The notes beneath the pieces are model-generated. The model saw only the letters and a program-made list of their open reading frames with translations. It was not told the DNA's origin and made no database searches. DNA of 57,876 bases, counting the filler, from Dugesia japonica (taxonomy: Eukaryota): the NCBI GenBank assembly GCA_001938525.1. It is 4 parts of 4 records of this genome, joined end to end, with 100 filler letters (N's around TTAATTAATTAA, not from the genome) between each part and the next. Parts side by side here need not be neighbours in the genome. Positions count along the whole stretch, not along the records: positions 1 to 20,928 come from MQRL01595021.1; 3 more parts are not named here. The stretch is one strand, 5' to 3'. The position numbers and the translations under genes were made by a program. This document shows positions 1-10,602 of the stretch, piece after piece (position 1 is the stretch's first letter; each line of letters opens with the position of its first letter).

Positions 1-639
1 TTCATTGACAACAATTGCAACTTTTTTGAAGAATCGCTTCTATACATTCAAAAGGTTGCGATATTCCAGCGCTGGTAGTGAATTGAGTTGACACACATCC
101 TATAACAATCTAACATCACGAATACTGGAGTTATGTATAAAACGATAAACATATTTTTGGAGTATGGTATGCAAATTCATGTTTGCTAATTTCATATCTG
201 ATCCATGCATTGGCGTATTCTAACAGAAAATGTCTTATAATAATTATCTAAATTCAGGCTTTTAACATAATTTTCAAAATAAGTAAATGATGATAAAACA
301 ATCATAAAATAATATTGTAAGAAGTTTATTTATCAATTAATGAATTTATTACAACTTACTTATTACAAAAAGAATTTTCTGCAACGGGTTTTCTTTGATA
401 TTATTATTTCTCCTTAATCGGTTTTCAATAGCTGCAAATCCAAATCTTAAGCTGAATACCTCCTTTTCTTTGGGGGACAATTAATTCAAATTGGTAAATC
501 AACGATATTACTTTATTTCTGTTTTTCTTCTAACTATTAGAGAGATTCCTTAACAATTACGTATGAATTGTTTAAATGCTCGAGTAAGATAACTTTTTAG
601 CAGTTACAATTGTCACAAATTAGTAGTTAAAATTTGAAA

Positions 640-3600
640 TTATTGTTGTTTTTTGACTAATTTTCCATGTCTTTTTATAGGGTTTCTCGATACCATTTCT
701 CTTTCCACCTTGGTTCTCGATCCTGAAACCTCATCCAGTTGGTTCTTATCATGGTGGATGAACTAGTAACTCGCTGGTGGCCTCGATTCGGGTTATATTG
801 ATTATACCCACGTGATGATGGGTGAGTTGGTTGATTGGTTGGCGGCTGATTCCATTTTGGCGGTCGATTCAGTTCAATAATTATTTTGTGCTTCTGATTA
901 CCTTGTGGTGAATATTCATGGCTGCTGTTCTCTCGGATAGATAGTTTTCTTAAGTCTTATAACTCGTCTGGGCATAAACTCGGTAAGAGGTCTAATCCTA
1001 ATAGGCAATTGAAAGCTAATTCATTCATTATCCGCATTTTATGCCTTAGTTGGATTCCCCCGCTTTTTATTGCACAAATTGCTTCTTCTAATGGTGATAT
1101 TTTCTCCCCAAATGCGGTAATGATATCTTCTTTAGTGATTTTTATCCTGAGCAGTCGGTATTCTTCTGTTATTCTTTTGTGAATTAGAGTCATGCTTGCT
1201 CCCGTATCAATAATGGTTATTACCCATCTTCCATCCACTTTTACCCTTTTCTGTAATAGCTTTGATCTCTGGGAGATCATAATACATACGGTTTGGGTTT
1301 CCAGTTTGTCATCCTTGGTGATTTGGTTATTTGGAGCACGCAAATTTTTGTCCGTAGTTCTTCTGTCAATAACTGATATGTTATTTTCTGTTAACAATGC
1401 CATACTAGGTACTTGTGGGGAGCCCATTTAAGTGGCGTTGTACATTGGCCCTTGTGCCCATACTTGTTGGGGTTGTTGGTTCATGGGCTAGCACCCATGC
1501 TTTGGATATGCGTTATAATACGCATATATTATAAGGCAGACACTGGTGTATATTCATTTTCTCCAAATCTCAGTGTTCTTTTAATCATTGCATTTTACTG
1601 GTTTTTATGTATGGCTGCCTTTTGAATTCCGCATCATATTCCATTGCGGTTTTATAACTTGGTGCATGTGGCATTCTGCTGCTTTCTCCTCTATCATCAT
1701 CGCTACTACTACTGNTTTCACTTTTATTCTTAAAACTTTCCTTTAATTGATTAAAGTTGGATATTTTCTTTTTCCTATTGCTCATTTCTTTACACAGCAG
1801 TCGGAGTTGCATTAAAACCTTCTTATCCGACCCTCTTATTTGTCCGAGCTTTCGAATGAATCGTTTTACTCTGTCGATATCCTGTGAATGACTGTTGAGC
1901 ACAATTGTTTGTGTTAAGAATGAGAATATTTTATTATTTATTTATTATTTATTTTTAGCTCCGGATATAGCATTAGCAATAATTGTCGTATTACTACCTC
2001 GGTTGGCATATCATTTTCCTCTGAATTTCTGCTGCATCTTTCTTATGATAGCGCTGCTAATGTCTTGGTTTGGTGATTTACTGATGTTGCCAATCTTTTC
2101 TGTTTTAACGCCTCTTCCTCTTCTGGTTTACCTGGAGGTTTCGTTCTAGGTCTACCCCTACTTCTAGATTCAGTAATTGTTTCTGCATCCATCCTTATTC
2201 GTTCTGGTTTTGGTGGTATCTCTTCTTCCTCTGTTTCCGTAGGATTTTCCATTTCCAAGGGGTGGTTTTGTATCCATTAAATCATCCATTACCGAGAATG
2301 GGAATTCTTTTGCTATTTTACTCAGTATTAGCGACACTGGTTGTCCTTCTAACACATCTTTCTCGTCTAAATCTATTTTACTGAGATCTTATTTTATGCT
2401 TGGCGTTGGATCTTTTCTGGTCGGAGGAGAGTATCTTGTGATTTGGAGTTCATTACTACTTTCTGATAATTCAATCGTTGAGGGTGATCCGAATATTTCA
2501 CACTTTAATTCTTGTGCAGCTAAAAGGGTTCTTCTCTCGCGAGGTTTCTGTACTCCCGGATTGGTCAGTAGTAGGTCTTAATATCTGGCTAGCAGCTAGT
2601 TGTGTACGATGTTTATATGCTTTTAGCATACCTGAGGTTTCCCTCATTGGTCTTGTTTTGTCAGCTGCCTTAAAAGGATCTGCCTCCTTCCAAGTGAGTG
2701 TACATCCTAGTTCTGGAAAAATCCATAACGTATTAGGCTTGATTAAATCTGTTTTCATTAGCCTAATTATTGAAGTCTCTTCCACTACTCCGTCTTCATC
2801 TAGGAGTTTATATGGTGGTTTAAATGACAATTTATCCCACAAGTGCTTTACTGTATTATACAAGGGTATTTTAACCGAAGTTTTGTGTCCCTAAGAGTCG
2901 ATTATTCTGAATTTGATTTCTAGTGGTGTGGCTTGTTCCATTTCTGCTTTCCGCCATTTGACCAAAATTTTATTAAACTGAATCGGGTCCCATACGTGAG
3001 ACACTTTGGCTGCCAAAATTAGTCGGCGTAGTTTTCTGAGGTCTTCAACAGCCAACTCTTGTTGTAGTTCAAATAATTTTGGTAAATTATCTTCTGGTTT
3101 CTCATCTTTTATTGGAGTATTGGTCAGAGCTGCCATCATTTCTACCCATTGTTTACCTTGTTCTTGTTTGGTAAGTTTAGCCCTTTCAAATACTAATGGG
3201 TGTATTTCTTCCACATAATACTCGGCGATTTCACGAGCTTCTTGTTTACATTTTTCTTCAGAGACTCGTGGTCGTCTCACTTTTTCCTCTTGAGCTATTA
3301 CATATATTTTTAATTTAGTACCCGGCTAAACTCCCATGTATTTCACTGGTAACCTCATTTGCTCCTGCTCGATTACCTGATTGTAAGAGAGTACCATATC
3401 GTCTTCTTGTAGCAATGGTAACTGTTCTGACCCCTCCTCGTCAGGGATTCGTTGTTTATTTATGATTGTTATAATCCTTTCTCGCAATTTGGACCAGGAA
3501 TCGTTCATTTGTATCTGCCAACGGGTTTCACTTTATTCGAAAAATCTGATTATTATGCAGACCTATTCATTAGTCGGCATTCAAACCACCTTATACAATA

Positions 3601-5246
3601 CCGCATCCATTATATCCTCTGGCATCCGATTGATAGCTCGTAGCTGATTTAATTTCATGATTAACTGTATGACTTTGTCATCTCTTAATAGTTCCAAGTT
3701 CTCATTGAGGGTCAACAATATTTTTATTATGTTGAGGTACAGTTGTACACAGTGTAACAAGCAAACATAACGTCAACACAGCATGCACAACAAGCAAACA
3801 TAACATCACACTAATCCTCATCAAATACAATTAGATCATTCAAGCGTAATATCAATCCTCAATCAGTTCAAGTCAATCATCCAACCTCAAGCANNNNNNN
3901 NNGATATCAATCCAACATTGCAATTTGTTTTATGACTTTAATTATTTGATTTCAATCCAACATTCATATGGCAATTTGTTCTATATTTACTGAACATTTT
4001 ATTTAATAACTTATTTACTTTGACTATTTAATTTTTAGAGTGTACAGTTGTACAATTATTTAATTATTTAATTTTATTGATTTTATTTTATTGGTAAAAA
4101 ACTTTTAATAATTGGAATTTACTATTGAATATTATTTTTATGATAAAAATTTATCTTTGTTTTAATTTGTAAAAATTTTTATTAAGAATTTGATTTTATT
4201 TTTGAAAAAGTATTGTGTGGTAGCTAGTAGGTGTATGAAACTCACTAGTGTGAAATCAGTATAAATACTGATTAGTTTTAGTTGTAAATCAGACTTTTCT
4301 CATTTGCAGAAACTCTGACCTCTACGGGAAGCAGTATTCTGTCAAATTAAATTTATCTGATAAGATATTAATAAGCTAAGCATATTTGTGTATAAACCAA
4401 AAATAAAAAGGGTATTATTATAAATCTTTGTTTATTTATTTAAGGCAATTTACATTATATAACTTTATTTACATCATCGAATATTGATTATATAGTATAG
4501 TATTGACATAAACACAAGGGATAAAAATCAACACCCGTAAAATCACGAAACAAGTATTTATTTCATTACTAGCATTAAATACAAACCATAAAATCTTTTG
4601 TTGAGTTGAAATACCCAATAATTATTACTCGAGCCAGACTTCCCCAGGTTTTTTCTATCTGACCACAGCTCGATATTTATCTCAATTTCTTTATCGTCGA
4701 TTTCTTCGAACAGTTTACCTTTATTGATCTCTTGTTTGTATAGACCATCCAATTTTTGTAGTATTTTTATATTTTTAATTCGAAATTCTTGCTTCTGATT
4801 GGTGATGGTGCCAATTTTCAGATTTTTTCTTAGAATTTTTCATCTATTATTGGTGCCTATTTTTGGAGCACCTATTGCTTTGTCCCAATTTCTTTTCAGA
4901 TTTTCTTGCACCAAGTTTCTATGAGTTTTCTGAGTGGAGTTATCTGTAAAAAAACAGATTTTTGCGTAATTTGATTTTATTTTTGGATAAAATTAATTAA
5001 TTTTCCTTTATTAATTAATTATTATTTTCCTGTTCATTTTCTTATTTTTTTTTAATGATAATACTTTTCTTAATTAATAACTTCGTTTCGGCCACTATTT
5101 TACCCATTTGATGTCTTCCTTCAGCATTTCATTCTTTATTCGTTTTCTTATTAATAATTATTGCTTTGATTTCTAATTGATTATCCTTTCGACGTTTTTG
5201 TTACTATTTTCTTCTTTGGGTCCCTAGTTGGTGTTTCACCCCAACA
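640..5246 (-). mobile_element. Decayed LTR retrotransposon (Ty3/gypsy-like): fragmented gag-like ORFs plus retropepsin; probable LTR start TGTTGGGGTGAAACACC at 5246
   Basis: Co-oriented broken minus-strand ORFs 957-3600 ending in an aspartic protease. The TG-starting terminus at 5246 is shared with 49322. Left boundary uncertain. Confidence 0.6.
957..1427 (-). pseudogene. Retroviral-type aspartic protease (retropepsin) domain
   Basis: IIDTGASMTLI catalytic motif and C-terminal LLGLDLL motif; surrounded by stops and frameshifts. Confidence 0.85.
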
Positions 5247-5247
5247 A

Positions 5248-5302
<55 letters not shown>

Positions 5303-5425
5303 NNNNNNNNNNNNNNNNNNNNNNNNNNNNNNNNNNNNNNNNNNNNNNNNNNNNNNNNNNNNNNNNNNNNNNNNNNNNNNNNNNNNNNNNNNNNNNNNNN
5401 NNNNNNNNNNNNNNNNNNNNNNNNN

Positions 5426-5491
<66 letters not shown>
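5247..5491. repeat. (TAT)n microsatellite with internal N gap
   Basis: Direct reading of tandem TAT. Confidence 0.97.
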
Positions 5492-5492
<1 letters not shown>

Positions 5493-6829
5493 ATATTCAG
5501 TATAAAATACTATCGCTCGTGCAATTTTCAATGGGTAATGCAACCCCCCACACTCAATATTTATAAAATAAAATCAGTTTAAATCATTCATTTCAATAAA
5601 ACATCGTCTAATTTAACTATCACTTACACTACTTTCATTAATTATTATGCATAATTTTGTAAATAATACAGGAATTACAATGAACCATTTAAATATATAC
5701 AATTTCTTAGTAATTATACAGAAATCTATAATTAATAATCTCTATTTTCCTTAAAATAAACACTAAGCTGAGTATGTTAGTAGATAGATATGAGGGCACC
5801 AAACCAGAACCCTTCGAATCGGGTACCCATTGAACCCCGTGACGAAATAAAAAATTTTTCTTTGGGATTATGAGTCATCAAGCGTTGAATCTTAGGATGC
5901 CCCATAAAATTTTCCCTAGGGGGATGAGTCATAGGGTGCCCCTATTTTTTGAAGGGAGGCGTGATGAGTTATTCCATACTTCCCATTAAAAATTTTTTTC
6001 AAATAATTTTTTTGTTAATAAATTTTTTTTGTATTTATTTTTCTCTAGGTCTCGGATAGCACCACCCTTCACGGAAATACATTACTTCAAATTTTTTTAC
6101 GAAAAAATTATTTAAAGTTTTTTGTGTTTCATGATTTTTATGATTGGAGAATAATGGACTTATCACATAAAAATTATGGACTTATCATAAAAAATACAAG
6201 TTTTAACATAAGAAAATATTTAATTGAATAAATCTAGTCACTAATTATACTGCATTATTTCTATACATAGTCATTTAATATGCTTAATTTGCTTACTTTT
6301 TTTAATCAATTTTCCATTATTTTCCACCATTTCTACCTACTTTAGATAATTTCCATCCTTTACCCTCTATTTTCCCAATTTACTCCTATTTGGCTATATT
6401 TTCTCTATTTTCTATCGGATTTTAATGCACATTTTCACTTCATATTTTCACTCACTTCACTTATCTTTAAAATGTGTCATATATTGATAAAGTAAGACAA
6501 TAACATTGAGTGATAGTGAGTAAAAGTTGATATGACATGCTTCCTATTTAAAATAATATAACTATTTCAGTATATTCTAATCGTCTGATTATCCTTCTGC
6601 TTCTTTGATTGCTCCTTGGTTTATTGCTTGCTTATTGGCATCTCTGTTTGTTCTTTGGTTTTATGGGTTCCTTTTAAATTTTTTTTCTGTAATAAATTAT
6701 CAGTAACATTGTTAGAAAATAAGAGTTTAACATTGAAAATACGAGTCTCATCATTAGAAATATTGATCTCAACATTAAATATATAGGTTTAATTGAAAAT
6801 ACATGTTAAATGGCAAATATAGGTATTAT

Positions 6830-6940
6830 CCTGAAAATATGGGTTTTATCATGAAAATACTGGTTTTAATAAGAAAATGAGTTTTATCATGAAAATATGG
6901 AAATTATCATGAAAATATGGGTTTCAATAGGAAAATATAA
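6830..6940. repeat. Degenerate ~20-bp tandem repeat (GAAAATATGGGTTTTATCAT)
   Basis: About 5 imperfect copies visible. Confidence 0.7.
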
Positions 6941-7848
6941 GTTTTTATAATTAAATATAAGACCATTAAATCACATATATTAAATAGAATAAAATAAGAT
7001 TTATATGCAAAAAACGATAGCAAATGTTTAATAAAAAATTAAGTAATGCTATTTAAAATAAAACTTTATTGTTATATACTTCGNNNNNNNNNNNNNNNNN
7101 NNNNNNNNNNNNNNNNNNNNNNNNNNNNNNNNNNNNNNNNNNNNNNNNNNNNNNNNNNNNNNNNNNNNNNNNNNNNNNNNNNNNNNNNNNNNNNNNNNNN
7201 NNNNNNNNNNNNNNNNNNNNNNNNNNNNNNNNNNNNNNNNNNNNNNNNNNNNNNNNNNNNNNNNNNNNNNNNTACAGTTACCTATAAAATCAAAGATTTT
7301 TTTCCCAAAATATTTATATTTTTTAATTTTAGATTATATTAAAATTTTTAAAACCTATGAAATTGAAATTTATTTCAAAATATAAAATAGAAAACCTATG
7401 AAGTAATAAAAGTTCTTAAAATTCACTTTAAAAAATAAAATATAAAGCCTATAAAAAATTTTGAAAATAAATCAAAATTTCAACAAAAATTGAAAAATTA
7501 TTTTAAATCCAAAAATTTTTTAAAATTTTTTAATTAATTTAGTCGAATGAGCTGCCTGTACATTAATGCTTGGATGATGAAATCTAATCATTAACGCCTC
7601 ATACAACACTCTCTCCCAGTAATTCTTAAAATAAGATTTACTGATGTTTTCAACAATTAGTCCAACACAGAGACAAGTAAGTAATAACTATTCAATTATT
7701 TCTTATCCAAACTAGGTTTTGTTTCATTCTTGGTGTGTTTCTTTGTTTTAAGTTAGAGAAATAAACAAGAGTGAGATGGATCAAGTGAGATAGGATAAGT
7801 GAGAGAAAAAAAATAATTTAAAAAAAAATTCAACCAATAAGAATAGAG

Positions 7849-8514
7849 GACTTTGAAAAAAATTTTAAGAAGAATGATGAGTCATGATCTAAAAAAACGG
7901 AGAGTAATGATTTATAAAAAAATGATTCATGATCTATAAAAACGATGAAAAAACACTTTGAAAAATTTGATACAATCAGAAACGAGGATACTGGATCACT
8001 GACTTAAAAAATTTTTTTTAAAAAAACGATCTAGAAAACTATGAGTCATCATGATCCATTTATGATCCAGTGCGCTACTATCTACCTACTTGATTTTTTT
8101 GGAGTTTTTTTACGATTCATGAGTAGTAGGTAGATAGTGGCGCATTGCCACTAATTTTTTTTAATGAAGAACCCCCCNNNNNNNNNNNNNNNNNNNNNNN
8201 NNNNNNNNNNNNNNNNNNNNNNNNNNNGACTTTGAAAAAAATTTTAAGAAGAATGATGAGTCATGATCTAAAAAAACGGAGAGTAATGATTTATAAAAAA
8301 AATGATTCATGATCTATAAAAACGATGAAAAAACACTTTGAAAAATTTCATACAATCAAAAACGAGGATACTGAATCACTGACTTCGAAAATTTTTTTTA
8401 AAAAAACGATGGCTCATGATCTAGAAAACTATGAGTCATCATAATGAGTCATATTTATGATCCAGTACGCTACTATCTACCTACTTGATTTTTTTTGAGT
8501 TTTTTTACGATTCA
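7849..8514. repeat. Near-identical direct duplication (7849-~8119 vs 8228-~8514), each copy containing a GCGCTACTATCTACCTACT-type terminus
   Basis: Sequence identity by eye; copies are separated by an N gap, so this may be an allelic or assembly duplication. Confidence 0.85.
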
Positions 8515-8531
8515 GGTTCATGAGACAATCC

Positions 8532-10272
8532 TATCTTACTTTTTAATTTTCTATCTAATGGTTAAAAACACAAAATATTAGCAAACAAAATTGATCCATT
8601 AAAACAAAATAAAAAAATAAATATATTAATATTAATTTTGCGCGGGAAATTTAAATGTTAAGCATGCCTGAGGAATTTAAATATGAACTTGAAATACTTC
8701 GACTAATCAGATCGCACGATACTATATAACTTTGACCTGGAAAATTTGAAGTTCAAATTTTCTACCAATCAGAATTGAGTATTCTAGATTAATGACCAAT
8801 CAGAATCAAGTGTACTGTATCAATAAACTTGAAAATATTTGACCTTGAGGGGAGTGATACAGTGCGCCACTATTTACCTACTCACAAAAATTAATATTTT
8901 TAATCATTTCTTCTTGTTTCAATGATAATGTATTTATTTTGCTCATATTTTTAAAAATAATGATTAATTTTCGAAAATCATGAATTTATATACATATATG
9001 TGTGTATGCACGAATGTGTGGACTAATAATAATAATTTAATTTCATTGGTTAACAACGGAAATAATTTTGATTCGGTGCATATTTATTTCAATTGCAAAT
9101 TAACTAAAATGTGTTATTTCAAATGTGTTATAAATTTACTGGAAAATTAATAGATGTTAAAGACGATCATCAAAATAAAAGAGTTCAGCTAAATTTAGAA
9201 TATGATGAAAAACAATGACCTAAAACACCAGATGAAGACGAAAAGTATTTTGTAGCTACGGATAGGATATTTTATAATAATTTATTTAGAATATAATTGA
9301 TTTAGAAAATATTGAATCTGATTTACAAATGGTAGAGGANNNNNNNNNNNNNNNNNNNNNNNNNNNNNNNNNNNNNNNNNNNNNNNNNNCCTCGGGATTG
9401 GATGGTTTGGGTCAGTTTTGGATGATTTGGTTGAATATTTCTTCGAGATTGGTAATTTTTGGAATATCTTACTTTTTAATTTTCTATCTAATGGTTAAAA
9501 ACACGAAATATCAGCAAACAAAATTGATCCATTAAAACAAAATAAAAAAATAAATATATTAATATTAATTTTGCGCGTGAAATTTAAATGTTAAGCATGC
9601 CTGAGGAATTTAAATATGAACTTGAAATATTTCGACTAATCAGATTGCACGATACTATATAACTTTGACCTGAAAAATTTGAACTTCAAATTTTCTACCA
9701 ATCAGAATTGAGTATTCTAGATTAATGACCAATCAGAATAAAGTGTACTGTATCAATAAACTTGAAAATATTTGACCTTGAGGGGAGTAATACAGTGCGC
9801 CACTATTTACCTACTCACAAAAATTAATATTTTTAATCATTTCTTCTTGTTTCAATGATAATGTATTTATTTTGCTCATATTTTTAAAAATAATGATTAA
9901 TTTTCGAAAATCATGAATTTATATACATATATGTGTGTATGCACGAATGTATGGACTAATAATAATAATTTAATTTCATTGGTTAACAACGGAAATAATT
10001 TTGATTCAGTGTATATATATTTCAATTGCAAATTAACTAAAATGTGTTATTTCAAATGAGTTATAAATTTACTGGAAAATTAATAGATGTTAAAGACGAT
10101 CATCAAAATAAAAGAGTTCAGCTAAATTGAGAATATGATGAAAAACAATGACCTAAAACACCAGATGAAGACGAAAAGTATTTTGCAGCTACGGATAGGA
10201 TATTTTATAATAATTTATTTAGAATATAATTGATTTAGAAAATATTGAATCTGATTTAAAAATGGTAGAGGA
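8532..10272. repeat. ~808-bp direct duplication (8532-9339 vs 9465-10272, period 933)
   Basis: Near-identical sequence with scattered SNPs, separated by an N gap. Confidence 0.9.
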
Positions 10273-10602
10273 ATCAGACTTGACGAAAGAAAAATCTTCA
10301 AATACATTCGATAAAGATTTAATTTAATTTCATTTGAATTATATTATTTTGTTTTAGATTTTTTCATAGAAATACTCGGACTTTTTTTATGTCTTGGAGA
10401 CGAAATACCTTATTGTACACCAGAAATGATTTGGTGCAAAATTAAACAGATGACTTCAGTGGATTTAAAAAACGTGATGAACATATTAAACAAATATCAT
10501 AAAGAAGATATTGATTGTGAATATTGTTCTAGAAGAAAGAAAGATTGGAAGAGAAAATTTATCGACTCTATCTATCCTCAGTCTAATAAATTACAATGTT
10601 AA
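10056..10602 (+). pseudogene. Disrupted two-exon orphan gene upstream of a terminal repeat
   Basis: Manual translation: MSYKFTGKLIDVKDD...KMVEESDLTKEKSSNTFDK^DFFIEILG...IPYCTPEMIWCKIKQMTSVDLKNVMNILNKYHKEDIDCEYCSRRKKDWKRKFIDSIYPQSNKLQC*. It has internal stops and frameshifts, AATAAA overlaps the stop, and it is homologous to 39263-39795. Confidence 0.65.

Noticed and set aside
5080-5130. Minus-strand CTGAAGG...GCCGAAAC hammerhead-like string
   Set aside because: Core and stems do not fit
5228-5543. Poly-I/Y/N ORFs and other ORFs spanning N gaps (7046, 9329, 32367, 49793)
   Set aside because: Artefacts of microsatellites and Ns
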